NCBI GenBank assembly: GCA_963726765.1
Contig: CAVSDH010000001.1
Location: forward strand, 10,900-74,899
Length of the DNA stretch: 64,000 nt
Direction: 5' to 3'
Source: an uncultured beta proteobacterium
Lineage (GTDB): Bacteria > Pseudomonadota > Gammaproteobacteria > Burkholderiales > Casimicrobiaceae
The translations under genes and the position numbers were made by a program. Positions 1 through 11,747 of this stretch are shown in pieces (position 1 is the first letter of the stretch; every line of letters begins with the position of its first letter). The notes beneath the pieces are model-generated. The model was not told the DNA's origin, ran no database searches, and was given only the letters and a program-made list of their open reading frames with translations.

Positions 1-1599
1 AAGATGAAGAAGACGGCGGAGGATTACCTCGGCGAGGAAGTCACCGAGGCCGTGATCACGGTCCCGGCGTACTTCAACGACTCGCAGCGCCAGGCGACCA
101 AGGACGCCGGTCGCATCGCGGGCCTCGAAGTGAAGCGCATCATCAACGAGCCGACGGCGGCGGCGCTCGCGTTCGGCCTCGACAAGAAGGAAGGCGACCG
201 CAAGATCGCCGTGTACGACCTGGGCGGCGGCACGTTCGACATCTCGATCATCGAGATCGCCAGCGTGGAGGGCGAGCACCAGTTCGAAGTGCTCTCGACG
301 AACGGCGACACGTTCCTGGGCGGCGAGGATTTCGACCAGCGCCTCATCGACTACGTCGTCACCGAGTACCGGAAGGAATCGGGCGTCGACCTCAAGAACG
401 ACGTGCTGGCCCTGCAGCGGCTGAAGGACGCTGCCGAGAAGGCGAAGATCGAGCTTTCGTCGTCGCAGCAGACCGAGATCAACCTGCCGTACATCACGGC
501 GGACCAGTCGGGCCCGAAGCACCTTGCGATGAAGATCACCCGCGCGAAGTTCGAGTCGCTCGTCGAGGAGCTGATCGAGCGCACGATCGAGCCGTGCCGC
601 ATGGCGATCAAGGACGCGGGGGTCAAGCTCTCCGACGTTTCGGACGTCATCCTGGTCGGTGGCCAGACCCGGATGCCCAAGGTCCAGGACAAGGTGAAGG
701 AGTTCTTCGGCAAGGAGCCGCGCAAGGACGTCAATCCGGACGAGGCGGTTGCCGTGGGTGCGGCAATCCAGGGCGGGGTGCTGAAGGGCGACGTCAAGGA
801 CGTACTGCTGCTCGACGTCACGCCGCTGTCGCTCGGCATCGAGACCCTTGGCGGCGTGATGACCAAGCTCATCCAGAAGAACACGACGATCCCGACCAAG
901 GCGCAGCAGGTGTTCTCCACCGCCGACGACAACCAGGGCGCGGTGACGATCCACGTGCTGCAGGGCGAGCGCGACGTCGCCTCCGGAAACAAGAGCCTCG
1001 GCCAGTTCAACCTGGAGGGGATCCCGCCGTCGCCGCGAGGCATGCCGCAGATCGAGGTGGCGTTCGACATCGACGCCAACGGGATCATGCACGTTTCCGC
1101 GAAGGACAAGGCAACCGGCAAGGAGAACAAGATCACGATCAAGGCGAACTCCGGATTGTCGGAGGCCGAGATCCAGGCGATGGTGAAGGACGCCGAGTCG
1201 CACGCGGAAGACGATCGAAAGGTGATGGAAACCGTTCAGGCGCGCAACGCGCTGGATGGGCTGGTGCACAGCGTCAAGAAATCCGTTGCCGAATACGGCG
1301 ACAAGGTCGGCGCCGACGAGAAGGCGAAGATCGAGGAAGCGGTCAAGGACGCCGAGGCGCTGCTGAAGGAGAAGGACGCCGCGAAGGACGCGCTGGAAGC
1401 CAAGGCCGAGGCGCTCGGAAAGGCCGCGCAGAAGCTGGGCGAGATCATGTATGCGCAGGCGCAGAAGGAGGCGGAGGCCGCGACGGCGGCGGCGGCAGAC
1501 GGCGGCGCCGGTTCCGGCGCGGGCGCCACCTCCGGCGGCAAGCAGGAAGAGAAGGTCGTCGATGCCGAGTTCACGGAAGTCAAGGACACGAAGAAGTAA
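1..1599 (+). CDS. dnaK: Molecular chaperone DnaK (Hsp70), 5'-truncated by the window edge
   Basis: ORF 4..1599 stays in frame back to base 1. The translation [12 protein letters not shown]...[42 protein letters not shown] is canonical Hsp70. dnaJ follows directly. Confidence 0.97.
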   Translation, partial: KMKKTAEDYLGEEVTEAVITVPAYFNDSQRQATKDAGRIAGLEVKRIINEPTAAALAFGLDKKEGDRKIAVYDLGGGTFDISIIEIASVEGEHQFEVLSTNGDTFLGGEDFDQRLIDYVVTEYRKESGVDLKNDVLALQRLKDAAEKAKIELSSSQQTEINLPYITADQSGPKHLAMKITRAKFESLVEELIERTIEPCRMAIKDAGVKLSDVSDVILVGGQTRMPKVQDKVKEFFGKEPRKDVNPDEAVAVGAAIQGGVLKGDVKDVLLLDVTPLSLGIETLGGVMTKLIQKNTTIPTKAQQVFSTADDNQGAVTIHVLQGERDVASGNKSLGQFNLEGIPPSPRGMPQIEVAFDIDANGIMHVSAKDKATGKENKITIKANSGLSEAEIQAMVKDAESHAEDDRKVMETVQARNALDGLVHSVKKSVAEYGDKVGADEKAKIEEAVKDAEALLKEKDAAKDALEAKAEALGKAAQKLGEIMYAQAQKEAEAATAAAADGGAGSGAGATSGGKQEEKVVDAEFTEVKDTKK

Positions 1600-1699
1600 C
1601 CCCGACTGAACCACGGACGGCACGGAGAGCGCGGAGAATATCCGTCGTTCTCCGTGTTGCGTTTGACTCGCCCCGCGTTGCGGCAATTGAAGGATCCTG

Positions 1700-2848
1700 A
1701 TGGCGAAGCGCGACTACTACACGGTGCTGGGCGTCAACCGCGACGCCTCCGAGGAGGACATCAAGAAGTCCTACCGGAAGCTCGCGATGAAGCACCACCC
1801 GGACCGCAATCCGGACGACAAGGGTTCCGAGGAGAAATTCAAGGAGGCGAAAGAGGCCTACGAAATTCTCACGGACAAGAAAAAGCGCGCGGCGTACGAC
1901 CAGTTCGGGCATGCCGGCGTCGATGCGTCGGCGGGATTCGGCGCGGGTGCTCGCGGTTTCGGCGGCGCGGGCCAGGAAGGGTTCGGCGGCTTCGCCGACG
2001 CGTTCGGCGACATCTTCGGCGAGATCTTCGGGGCGCAGCGCGGGGGCCGCGGCAACGGCGTCTACCGTGGCGCCGACCTGCGCTACAACCTCGAGCTGGC
2101 GCTCGAGGACGCGGCGCGCGGGACGGAGGCGAAGATTCGCGTCCCCACGCTGGAGGCCTGCACGACCTGTCATGGCAGCGGCGCGAAACCCGGAACCGAG
2201 CCCAAGTCGTGCCCGACCTGCCACGGGCGCGGCGAGGTGCGTGTCTCGCAGGGCTTTTTCTCGATCCAGCAGACCTGTCCCGCGTGTCACGGCACCGGCA
2301 AGATCATTCCCGATCCGTGCGACACCTGTCATGGCGCCGGACGCGTGCGCAAGCACAAGACGCTGTCGGTCAAGATTCCCGCAGGGGTCGATCAGGACGA
2401 TCGCATCCGGCTTTCCGGGGAAGGGGAGGCGGGCGTCAACGGCGGACCGCCAGGCGATCTCTACGTCGTGGTGAGCCTGAAGCCCCACTCGGTGTTCCAG
2501 CGCGAAGGCAGCGACCTGCACTGCGAGATGCCGATCAGTTTCGCGACTGCCGCGCTTGGCGGCGAAATCGAGATTCCGACGCTCGACGGGCACGCGAACA
2601 TCAAGATTCCCACGGAAACCCAGACAGGTCAGGTCTTCCGGCTGCGCGGCAAGGGCATCAAGCACGTGCGCGGAGCGCAGCATGGCGATCTCTTCTGCCA
2701 CGTCGCCATCGAGACGCCCGTCAAGCTCACCGCCCGGCAGAAGGAGATCCTCCGCGAATTCGAGGCGATCAGCGAGCAGGATCCGGGCGCGCACAACCCG
2801 CGCGCGAAGAACTGGTTCGACCGCGTCAAGGATTTTTTCGGACCGTAG
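1700..2848 (+). CDS. dnaJ: Co-chaperone DnaJ
   Basis: J-domain with HPD ([12 protein letters not shown]), a G/F-rich linker, and four CxxCxGxG zinc-finger repeats ([32 protein letters not shown]). Confidence 0.97.
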   Translation: MAKRDYYTVLGVNRDASEEDIKKSYRKLAMKHHPDRNPDDKGSEEKFKEAKEAYEILTDKKKRAAYDQFGHAGVDASAGFGAGARGFGGAGQEGFGGFADAFGDIFGEIFGAQRGGRGNGVYRGADLRYNLELALEDAARGTEAKIRVPTLEACTTCHGSGAKPGTEPKSCPTCHGRGEVRVSQGFFSIQQTCPACHGTGKIIPDPCDTCHGAGRVRKHKTLSVKIPAGVDQDDRIRLSGEGEAGVNGGPPGDLYVVVSLKPHSVFQREGSDLHCEMPISFATAALGGEIEIPTLDGHANIKIPTETQTGQVFRLRGKGIKHVRGAQHGDLFCHVAIETPVKLTARQKEILREFEAISEQDPGAHNPRAKNWFDRVKDFFGP

Positions 2849-2870
2849 CGTCCGAGGAAGTCTGCGCGAT

Positions 2871-4055
2871 ATGACCCGCCGCGACGTCCGCTGCGACGTC
2901 GTCGTCATCGGCGCCGGCGCGGCCGGCATGATGTGCGCGGCGACCGCCGGCCTTCGCGGCCGACGCGTGTTGCTGATCGAGCACTATCCCGTCCTCGGCG
3001 AAAAGATCCGCATCTCCGGCGGCGGCCGCTGCAACTTCACCAACCTCAACGCCGGCCCCGGCAACTACCTGTCGCAGAATCCGGACTTCTGCCGATCGGC
3101 ACTTGCGCGCTACACGCCGGGCGACTTTGTCGCGCTGGTCGAGCGCTACCGGATCCCGTATCACGAGAAGAAGCTTGGCCAGCTTTTCTGCGACGACACG
3201 GCGCGCGACCTGATCGCCATGCTGAAGGCGGAGTGCGACCGCGGCCATGTCGAATGGCGCATGCCGTGTCCGGTCGAAGGCGTCGCGCGCGAAGGCGACG
3301 CGTGGCGCATCGCGACTCCCGCGGGCGCCGTGCGGGCGAATTCCGTCGTGATTGCGACCGGGGGCCTCACCGTGCCGAAGATCGGTGCAACGCCTTTCGG
3401 GTATCGCGTCGCCGAGCAGTTGGGTATCGCGGTGGTCGCACCTTCGCCGGCGCTGGTGCCGCTGGCGTTGCCGCCCGACACGCTCTCGACCTATGGCGAC
3501 CTCGCCGGCGTTGCCGTCGACGTCGAGGTCTCGTGCGGAAGCGGGCGCTTCCGTGAAAATCTGCTGTTCACGCATCGCGGGCTCTCCGGTCCGGCGATTC
3601 TGCAGATATCCTCGTTCTGGAACGGCAGGGAGCCCATCGTGATCGATCTGTTGCCGGACGTGGACGCGGCCGGCTGGCTCTCCGGCGAGCGCGCGTCGCC
3701 CGCGCGCGTCGACAGCGTTCTCGCGCGCCGGCTGCCGCAGCGCTTCGCGCAGCAATGGTGCGCCGCGCATGCAGCCGCGCTGCCCGTGAATCGACTGACC
3801 GACAGGCAGCTCCGCGATCTCGCCGCGAAGCTTCACGCGTGGACGCTGCTCCCGTCGGGAACGCTTGGCTACAACAAGGCCGAGGTCACGCTGGGTGGCG
3901 TCGACACACGCGGTCTCTCCAGCCGGACGATGGAAGCGACGGGCGCGCCCGGTCTCCATTTCATCGGCGAGGTCGTCGACGTGACAGGCTGGCTCGGCGG
4001 CTACAATTTCCAATGGGCGTGGTCTTCGGGACACGCGGCGGGCATGAACGCCTGA
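2871..4055 (+). CDS. HI0933/BaiN-family NAD(P)/FAD-dependent flavoprotein
   Basis: ATG at 2871 within ORF 2556..4055. It has the dinucleotide-binding motif VVVIGAGAAGMMCA, the GGGRCNFTN motif, and a C-terminal GEVVDVTGWLGGYNFQWAWSSG typical of this family. Confidence 0.85.
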   Translation: MTRRDVRCDVVVIGAGAAGMMCAATAGLRGRRVLLIEHYPVLGEKIRISGGGRCNFTNLNAGPGNYLSQNPDFCRSALARYTPGDFVALVERYRIPYHEKKLGQLFCDDTARDLIAMLKAECDRGHVEWRMPCPVEGVAREGDAWRIATPAGAVRANSVVIATGGLTVPKIGATPFGYRVAEQLGIAVVAPSPALVPLALPPDTLSTYGDLAGVAVDVEVSCGSGRFRENLLFTHRGLSGPAILQISSFWNGREPIVIDLLPDVDAAGWLSGERASPARVDSVLARRLPQRFAQQWCAAHAAALPVNRLTDRQLRDLAAKLHAWTLLPSGTLGYNKAEVTLGGVDTRGLSSRTMEATGAPGLHFIGEVVDVTGWLGGYNFQWAWSSGHAAGMNA

Positions 4056-4074
4056 ACTTGCTATCCTCGCGATC

Positions 4075-5447
4075 ATGCCCCGCACGCTGCTCGCACGAAA
4101 CGCCGATGTTCTGGTCACGATGGACGGGCAGCGGCGCGAGATTTGCGGCGGAGGGATGTACGTCGAGAACAACGTGATCGCGGCGGTCGGCACCGGCGCC
4201 GACCTGCCAGCGACCGCCGACGTCGTGATCGATCTGGCGGGGCACGTCGTGCTCCCGGGTCTCGTCAATACGCACCACCACATGTTCCAGAGCCTGACGC
4301 GGGCGAATCCCTTGGTGCAGGACGCGTCGCTCTTCGACTGGCTCACGGGTCTTTACCCGCTCTGGTCGCGTCTCACGCCAGAAATGATTCGCGTGTCCAC
4401 GCGGACCGCGATGGCCGAGCTCCTGCTCTCGGGCTGCACGACGTCGTCGGACCACCTCTACGTGTACCCGAACGGCTGCCGGCTCGACGATTCCATCGAG
4501 GCGGCGCAGTCGATGGGCATGCGCTTTCACGCGACGAGAGGGAGCATGAGCGTCGGCGAGAGCCAGGGGGGACTGCCGCCGGATGCGCTCGTCGAACGCG
4601 AGGACGCGATCCTCGCCGACACGCGGCGCGTGATCGAGGCATTTCACGATCCGGGACGGCACTCGATGCTGCGGATCGGCGTGGCGCCCTGCTCGCCGTT
4701 TTCGGTGAGCCGCGACCTGATGCGCGAGTCGGCGGCGCTCGCGCGCGCCTACGGCGTGTCGATGCACACGCATCTCGCGGAGAACGACCACGACGTCGCC
4801 TACAGCCGCGAAAGATTCGGCCGCACGCCGGCGCAGTATGCCGAAGACCTGGGCTGGGTCGGCCGCGACGTCTGGCACGCGCACTGCGTGAAGCTCGACG
4901 ACGCGGGCATCACGCTTTTCTCCGGCACGGGCACCGGCGTCGCGCATTGCCCGTGCTCCAACATGCGGCTCGCCTCGGGGATAGCGCCGGTCCGCCGGAT
5001 GCGTGACGCGGGCGTCAACGTGGGGCTCGGCGTCGACGGCTGCGCGTCGAACGACGGCGCGCATCTCGTCGCCGAAGCGCGGCAGGCCATGCTGCTGCAG
5101 CGGGTCGGGCACGGTCCGGCGGCGATGACGGCACGCGAGGCGCTCGAGATCGCAACGCTCGGGGGCGCGGCCGTCCTCGGGCGTGACGACATCGGCGCGC
5201 TCGCGCCAGGCATGGCCGCCGATTTCGTGGCCTTCGACACGTCGACGGCGGCTTTGCAGGCGCGCTCTGCGATCCGGTCGCGGCGCTCGTCTTTTGCGCG
5301 CCGTCGAACGTCGCGTGGAGCGTCGTCGACGGGCGCGTCGTGGTCCGCGAAGGCCGTCTCGACACGCTCGACCTGCCTCCGCATATCGAGCGACACAACC
5401 GGCTCGCGCGCGAGCTCGCCGAAACCGGCGCAGGCTTTTTCCGCTAG
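4075..5447 (+). pseudogene. 8-oxoguanine deaminase-like amidohydrolase; reading frame broken by a 1-nt indel near 5239-5241 (pseudogene or assembly error)
   Basis: N-terminal 388 aa are in frame 1 (LVTMDG...PGLVNTHHHMFQSLTRA...HTHLAEN...GVAHCPCSNMRLASGIAP...GLGVDG.ASND). The conserved C-terminus VDGGFAGALCDPVAALVFCAPSNVAWSVVDGRVVVREGRLDTLDLPPHIERHNRLARELAE continues in frame 3 and stops at TAG 5445-5447. The 673-aa track ORF 4075..6096 is an artefactual fusion with the next gene. Confidence 0.8.
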
Positions 5448-5484
5448 GATTCGACGTTTCCACCGCCAATTCCGGAGCACATCC

Positions 5485-6632
5485 ATGATTCGTTGGAGCA
5501 GGTTCTTCGTTGCCGTCGCGTGCACGGTGCTCGCAGCCGTCGCCACGGCCCAGGTCAGGATCGGCCTCCTGGTGTCGGCGACCGGGCCGACGACGGCCAT
5601 CGGAATCCCGCAGCAGAACACCGGCCAGCTGCTGCCGACGCGAATCGGCGACGCGACCGTCGAATACATCCAGCTCGACGACGGCGGCGACACGACGCGC
5701 GCCGTGCAGAACGCGAAGAAGCTGCTGCAGGAGCAGAATGTGGACGCATTGATCGGACCGTCGACGACCCCCAACGCGCTCGCCATCCTCGATCTCGTCG
5801 CCGACGGCAAGGTGCCGCTGATGGCGACCGTCGGCACGTCGAGCGTCGTCGAGCCCATGGACGCGAAGCGGCGTTGGGTTTTCAAGACCACCCAGAACGA
5901 CGATCTGATCGCCGCCGCGCTGGTCGGGCACATGGCGAAGACCGGCGTGAAGACCATCGGCTTCATCGGCTTCAAGGACCCGTACGGCGAGAACTGGTAC
6001 AAGGTCTTCGCGCCGATGGCCGAAAGGCGGGAATCAAGGTGGTCGCGGTCGAGTACTACCAGCGCACCGACCCGAGCGTCACGGGACAGGCGCTGAAGCT
6101 CGTCGCCGCGAAGCCCGATGCGGTGCTGGTCGCCGGCGTCGGCGGCCCGGGCGTGCTGCCGCAGATCACGCTGCGCGACCAGGGATACAAGGGCACGATC
6201 TACCAGACGCACGGTGTTGCGACCGACGACTTCATCCGGCTCGGCAAGGACAAGGTCGAGGGCACGGTGCTCGCGGCCGGGCCCATGCTGGTGATCGACG
6301 AGATCCCGGATTCGAATCCCGTCAAGAAAGTCGCGCAGGGCTACATCGCGGCGTACGAGAAGCAGTTCGGCCAGAAACCGGCGACCTTCGGCGCGAACAC
6401 CTGGGACTCCGGAATCATCCTGCAGCGCGCGATCCCGGTCGCGCTCAAGTCCGGCAAGCCCGGCACGGAAGCATTCCGCTCGGCGCTGCGCGACGCGATC
6501 GAGGCGGAGCGGGAAATCGTCGGCTGCCAGGGCGTGTTCAACATGTCGCCGGCAAACCACAACGGCATGGACGAGCGTGCCCGCGTGCTCGTCACCGTGA
6601 AGGACGGCAGGTTCCGGCTGCTGTCCGAATGA
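5485..6632 (+). pseudogene. Periplasmic ABC substrate-binding protein (LivJ/branched-chain amino-acid type); frame broken in an A-run near 6023-6026
   Basis: Signal peptide MIRWSRFFVAVACTVLAAVATAQ in frame 1. After ...YKVFAPMAE the homologous sequence KAGIKVVAVEYYQRTDPSVTGQALKLVAAKPDAVLV... continues in frame 3 (ORF 5493..6632). GAAAGG is where GAAAAGG would keep the frame. Confidence 0.8.
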
Positions 6633-6642
6633 GGCGCGTGCG

Positions 6643-7215
6643 TTGACGAATTCGCCCGTCGTCGGGGTGTTGCTCGCGGCCGGACGCGGCACGCGGTTCG
6701 GCGGCGACAAGCTCCTTGCCGTGCTCCCGGATGGCGAATGCGTCGGAGCAGCGGCGGTGCGGCATCTGCTGGCGGCATTGCCGGACGTCGTAGCCGTCGT
6801 GCGACCCGGCGACGGAGCGCTGGCCGCAGCACTGGGCGCCGCAGGTGCGCACATCGTGCGCTGCGAGAACGCGGACGACGGCATGGGCGCGAGCCTCGCA
6901 TGCGCGGTGGGCGCGAGGCCCGACGCGACCGGCTGGCTTGTCGCGCTTGCCGACATGCCGTGGATCCGGCCGGCGACGATTGCGCGGGTCGCCGATGCGC
7001 TGGCGCGGGGCGCGGATATCGCCGCGCCGTTTCACCGCGGCGAGCGCGGACACCCGGTCGGATTCGGCAAGCCGCTCTACGATTCGCTCGTCGCGCTCAC
7101 CGGCGACGAAGGCGCCAAGTCCATCGTTGCCGCGCACCGTGACCGCCTCGTGCGCATCGACGTCGATGACGAGGGTGCGCTGCGCGACATCGATACCCCT
7201 GCCGATCTCGGTTGA
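6643..7215 (+). CDS. MobA/MocA-like nucleotidyltransferase (molybdenum cofactor cytidylyltransferase-like)
   Basis: N-terminal GVLLAAGRGTRFGGDKL nucleotide-binding motif, about 190 aa, apparent TTG start. It sits after the purine-related amidohydrolase. Confidence 0.7.
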   Translation: MTNSPVVGVLLAAGRGTRFGGDKLLAVLPDGECVGAAAVRHLLAALPDVVAVVRPGDGALAAALGAAGAHIVRCENADDGMGASLACAVGARPDATGWLVALADMPWIRPATIARVADALARGADIAAPFHRGERGHPVGFGKPLYDSLVALTGDEGAKSIVAAHRDRLVRIDVDDEGALRDIDTPADLG

Positions 7216-7269
7216 AGCGCACGGTACTGCAAAGCCATCGGTCCGCGCAGCCGATTCCCGCGGCGGGGT

Positions 7270-9678
7270 CTAGCCTTCGGCCTGCCACATGTCGCCTTGC
7301 CGGCCGACGATCCGGTTCTCGAGCTCCTGCATCCGCCACCAGTTGCGGAACTCGGGCTCCGCGAGCGGGCGCGAGATGAGGAACCCCTGCGCTTCCTCGC
7401 AACCATGGCGCTTCAGGAAATCGAACTGGGCGGCCGTCTCCACCCCCTCGGCGATGACCCGCACGCCGAGCGAGTGCGACAGCGCGATGATTGCCTGCGT
7501 TATCGCCTCGTCGTTGCGGTTCTGCTCGAGGCCGTGCACGAATCGCTGGTCGACCTTGACCGCCTGGATCGGCAGCCGCGCGAGATACGACAGGCTCGAG
7601 TAGCCGGTCCCGAAATCGTCGACGGTGATGGAAACGCCGCGCTGCTTCAGCTTGACGAGCGTGGCGACGGCCTTCTCCGGATGCGTGATGATCACGCTCT
7701 CCGTGATCTCGAGGTCGAGGTAGTGCGCGGGGAGGCCGCTGGACGACAGCGCCTCGTCGACGATGCCGAGCCAGCTGTCGTGCTGCAGCTGCTGCACCGA
7801 CAGGTTGACCGAGAGCCGCAGCATCATTCCCTGGCGGTGCCATCCGACGACCGTGCGACAGGAGTCGCGGAGCACGCGCGCGCCGAGCGCCTGGATCATC
7901 CCGGACTCCTCGGCAATGGGGATGAATTCCGACGGCGCGATGATGCCCCGTTCGGGGTCGCGCCAGCGGAGCAGCGCTTCGGCCCCGATCGCCCGTCCTG
8001 ACTGCATTTCGATCTGCGGCTGATAGACGAGGAAGAACTCGTCGTCCATGAGACCTCGTCGCATGTCCGTTTCGAGCTGCAGCCGTTGCTGAACGCGGGC
8101 ATTCATGTCCGCGGTGTAGAAGCGGTACGAATTGCGGCCGGCCTCCTTGGCGGCGTACATCGCGGTGTCCGCCTGCTTGATCAGCGACACCGGGTCGCTC
8201 GCGTCGAGCGGGTACATCGACACGCCGATCGAGCACGTCAAGGTCGGCACCTGGTCCGACAGGCGGAATGGCGCGAGGAACGATTCGCGAACGCGGGCCA
8301 GAACCGTCATCGTCTCGAAGGTCGCGTGCGCGGGATCGAGCCCCGGCAGGATCAGCACGAATTCGTCGCCGCCGAGCCGGGCGACGGTGTCCGATTCGCG
8401 TACCGCCGACGTGAGCCGCTGCCCCACCGCCTGCAGCAGCTGGTCGCCGGAATCGTGGCCCAGCGTGTCGTTGATCCGCTTGAAGTGATCGAAATCGAGG
8501 AACAGGCAGGCGACGTGCGTGCCGTCGCGCTGCGCCTGCGCCATGATCTGTTTCAGGCGCTGATTGAGCAGCGAGCGGTTGGGGAGCCCGGTGAGAATGT
8601 CGTGCTGCGCAAGCTTGTAGGCGTGCGCCGTCGCGATCTCGAGCTCCTTCGTGCGCTGGGCGACCTTGTCCTCGAGTGTCCGCTGGTAGGTTGCCACTTC
8701 GGCCTGCGCCTCGGACAGCCTCTGCGTCATGTGATTGAACGTGTGCGTGAGGAGCCCCAGCTCGTCGGCGCTGCTGGCCGGCACGTAGACGTCGAGCTTG
8801 CCCGATCCCACGGCGCGGGCCGCGCGCATCAGTCTCCGCATCGGGGCGACGAGCCGACGGGTGAGCAGGAGCGTCGCGCCGATCGCAACGACCACGAGCA
8901 TGCCGACCACGGCGAGCGAGCCGATGAGCGTCTTGCGGAATTGCTCCTGCTGACGCTCGAACGTCATGCCGATCCGGATGTAACCCACCGGTACCGGCGC
9001 GCCCGGGACCGACGCGTATCCGGTTGAGTTCGAAATATTGGCGCCGCCCGCGGGCACCTTGGCGGCTGCTGCCGCGGCCCCGTTCCCGATGCGCGTGATG
9101 AGTTCGACGTAGGGCTTGCCCTGGATCGCGTAGTCGATCGAGCCGATCTTGTCGGGCGCCAGGGCAAGCGCGTCCGGTGCAGGGGCGGGCAGGTTGGCGT
9201 TGCGCAACGCGTCGACGAAGCGGCGCTCGAGGATCGGCTTTCCCTTGGCGTCGAGCACGCTGACGTAGCCGAAATCGCCGTCGGTTTCCAGGTTGTCGAG
9301 GATTGCGTCGAGCCGCGCGAGGTCGCCGGGGACGAGGCCATGCACCGCGACCTCGGACAGCATCATGAGCACCGTCGATGCCTGCGAGCGCAGCTCACGC
9401 TGCTCCTCGAGCGATTCGTGCCACAGGTAGAAGCCGGTCGTGGCGATGGCGGTGAGGAAGATGAGGCCGACCGTCAGCAGGTTGAGCTTGGTGAGGAGCC
9501 CCATCCTGACCGGCGGCAGGTTGAGCGGCGAGATGGTGTCCGTTGCGAGCGGCGTCAGGTGCCGCCGCAGGCGATTCATCGCCCTGCTCTGGGGATCGGT
9601 GCTTTCGGATCGCACAGGCTTGGCCATGGGTGGCGCAGCGTTCGGTCGGAGCCGATCTTGGCGGAAAGACGGGATCAC
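7270..9678 (-). CDS. Membrane-bound HAMP-GGDEF-EAL signalling protein (c-di-GMP turnover)
   Basis: Two TM segments flank a periplasmic region. Also present: HAMP (ADELGLLTHTFNHMTQRL), GGDEF (ARLGGDEFVLIL), and EAL (GAEALLRW, DDFGTGYSSLSYL). The start is uncertain (alternative Met at 9627 or 9579). Confidence 0.9.
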   Translation of the reverse strand: MIPSFRQDRLRPNAAPPMAKPVRSESTDPQSRAMNRLRRHLTPLATDTISPLNLPPVRMGLLTKLNLLTVGLIFLTAIATTGFYLWHESLEEQRELRSQASTVLMMLSEVAVHGLVPGDLARLDAILDNLETDGDFGYVSVLDAKGKPILERRFVDALRNANLPAPAPDALALAPDKIGSIDYAIQGKPYVELITRIGNGAAAAAAKVPAGGANISNSTGYASVPGAPVPVGYIRIGMTFERQQEQFRKTLIGSLAVVGMLVVVAIGATLLLTRRLVAPMRRLMRAARAVGSGKLDVYVPASSADELGLLTHTFNHMTQRLSEAQAEVATYQRTLEDKVAQRTKELEIATAHAYKLAQHDILTGLPNRSLLNQRLKQIMAQAQRDGTHVACLFLDFDHFKRINDTLGHDSGDQLLQAVGQRLTSAVRESDTVARLGGDEFVLILPGLDPAHATFETMTVLARVRESFLAPFRLSDQVPTLTCSIGVSMYPLDASDPVSLIKQADTAMYAAKEAGRNSYRFYTADMNARVQQRLQLETDMRRGLMDDEFFLVYQPQIEMQSGRAIGAEALLRWRDPERGIIAPSEFIPIAEESGMIQALGARVLRDSCRTVVGWHRQGMMLRLSVNLSVQQLQHDSWLGIVDEALSSSGLPAHYLDLEITESVIITHPEKAVATLVKLKQRGVSITVDDFGTGYSSLSYLARLPIQAVKVDQRFVHGLEQNRNDEAITQAIIALSHSLGVRVIAEGVETAAQFDFLKRHGCEEAQGFLISRPLAEPEFRNWWRMQELENRIVGRQGDMWQAEG

Positions 9679-9866
9679 GTGCGGATTCCCCGGCGCACGA
9701 GATCGACGTCAGGATTGGGCAAGCATACACCGGGCGGCATGCGATATTCCGGCGCTGACGACCCCGCCCGGCGCGCCGTCGCGGAAACGGCAGGGAATCC
9801 GCATACGCGGCGCGAAGTGGCGCGCGAAAGGAAGGTCGCTCGCATGGGGCGTCGGTCGGCGCGCTT

Positions 9867-11388
9867 TCAGCAAGCGGCGACGGGAATCTTGCCGATCCTC
9901 TGCTGCCACTCGCGCGGACCGGTGTCGTGTACCGACGTGCCCAGCGCGTCGACGGCCACCGTCACCGGCATGTCCCTGACTTCGAATTCGTAGATCGCCT
10001 CCATGCCGAGATCGGCGAACGCGACCACACGCGAAGTCCTGATCGCCTTCGACACGAGGTACGCCGCGCCGCCGACGGCCATCAGGTAAGCGGCCCTGTG
10101 CTTGCGGATCGCCTCGATCGCGACGGGTCCGCGCTCGGCCTTGCCGATCATCGCGATGAGGCCGGTATGGGCGAGCATCATCTCGGTGAACTTGTCCATG
10201 CGTGTCGCGGTGGTCGGGCCCGCCGGTCCCACCACCTCGTCGCGCACCGGATCCACCGGTCCGACGTAGTAGATGACGCGGTTGCGGAAATCCACCGGCA
10301 GCGGCTCGCCTTTCCCGATCATGTCCTGGATTCGCTTGTGTGCGGCGTCGCGGCCCGTGAGGATCTTTCCGTTGAGAAGCAGCGTCTGCCCGGGAGTCCA
10401 CTTGGCGACCTCCGCCGGCGTGAGCGCGTCGAGATCGACGCGCGCGGCGTTCGGGGGACGGCGACCACTGCACTGCGGGCCAGCGGCGAAGGTCCGGCGG
10501 ATCGAGCCGCGCGACGCCGCGCCCGTCGAGCGTGAAGTGCGCGTGCCGCGTCGCGGCGCAATTCGGGATCATGCCGACCGGCTTCGACGCGGCGTGCGTC
10601 GGATAGTCGAGGATCTTGACGTCGAGGACGGTCGACAGACCGCCCAGCCCCTGCGCGCCGATGCCGAGCGCGTTGACGGCGTCGTAGAGCTCGATGCGCA
10701 GTTCCTCGATGGCGTTCTTCGGGCCGCGCTTCCTGAGGTCGTGCATGTCGATCGGCTCCATCAGCGCTTCCTTGGCGAGCAGCACGGCCTTTTCCGCCGT
10801 GCCGCCGATGCCGATGCCGAGCATCCCGGGCGGGCACCAGCCGGCGCCCATCGTCGGGACGGTCTTCACGACCCAGTCGACGATCGAGTCCGACGGATTC
10901 AACATCACGAACTTCGACTTGTTCTCGGAGCCGCCGCCCTTCGCGGCAATCTTCACGTCGACGGTGTTCCCCGGGACGATGTCGAAGTGAACGACCGCCG
11001 GCGTGTTGTCCTTCGTGTTCTTTCGCTTGCCGGCGGGGTCGGCGACGATCGAAGCGCGCAGCTTGTTGTCCGGATGGTTGTAGGCTCGGCGCACGCCTTC
11101 GTCGACCATGTCGGCGATGCTCATGGTCACGCCTTCCCAGCGCACGTCCATGCCCACCCTCACGAAGGCCACGACGATGCCGGTGTCCTGGCAGATCGGG
11201 CGCTTGCCCTGCGCGCACATCCGCGAATTGGTGAGAATCTGCGCGATCGCATCCTTCGCCGCCGGCGACTGCTCCGCCACATAGGCTTCGCCGAGCGCCT
11301 CGATGTAATCCTGCGGATGGTAGTACGAGATGAACTGGAGCGCGTCGGCGACGCTTTCGATGAAATCGGACTGGCGGATGGTGGACAT
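9867..11388 (-). pseudogene. fumA: Class I (Fe-S) fumarate hydratase; frame broken at the G5/C5 run 10453-10457
   Basis: N-terminal domain from ATG 11388 (ICQDTGIVVAF, AKGGGSENKS, ...HFTLDGRGVARLDPPDL). The C-terminal domain continues in another frame as PPNAARVDLDALTPAEVAKWTPGQTLLLNGKILTGRDAAHKRIQDMIGKGEPLPVDF... (ORF 9867..10322). Removing one C from the C5 run rejoins them. Confidence 0.85.
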
Positions 11389-11747
11389 TGGGGATTCCCG
11401 GATATCAGGGCAACGCGCGACCGATCGCTCGACGGCCGCCCGCACCGCATGGACCGGGCCTGGTCGGTCGGTCGAGCGGACATCGGGCGCCTCGGGTAAG
11501 GCATTGAACGACCATGCAAGTTTATCATCGCTGCCTGCGGCGGCGGGGCGACCTGCCGCCGCATCTCCCGTACCGTGCGCCGCGCCCGCGGCGCCGGACG
11601 ACGGGGAAAGCGTGCCCGGGCATTGCGCTACGTCAATGACTCGCATTGCGCGGCGGGAGCGCGTTTGGTTAGACTTCACCGGCTGGGATCACGGCCGGGC
11701 ACCAGGGGCCGATTCACTTTCGCAACGCCTTCCCGAGGAGAAAAACC

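Noticed and set aside
1600-1699. Hairpin ACGGAGA...TCTCCGT in the dnaK-dnaJ spacer, considered as a possible regulatory RNA.
   Set aside because: It is a 7-bp stem with a long loop and no U-tract. It is consistent with the common partial attenuator or stabiliser between dnaK and dnaJ, and there is nothing unusual to report.
4075-6096. A 673-aa ORF that looks like an amidohydrolase-binding protein fusion, and the 732-aa ORF 58091..60289 that looks like a giant GST.
   Set aside because: Both are artefacts of frame breaks. After the break point the translation becomes an Arg/Ser-rich run, while the genuine C-termini are found in adjacent frames. The second ORF runs antisense through the ArnT-like gene.
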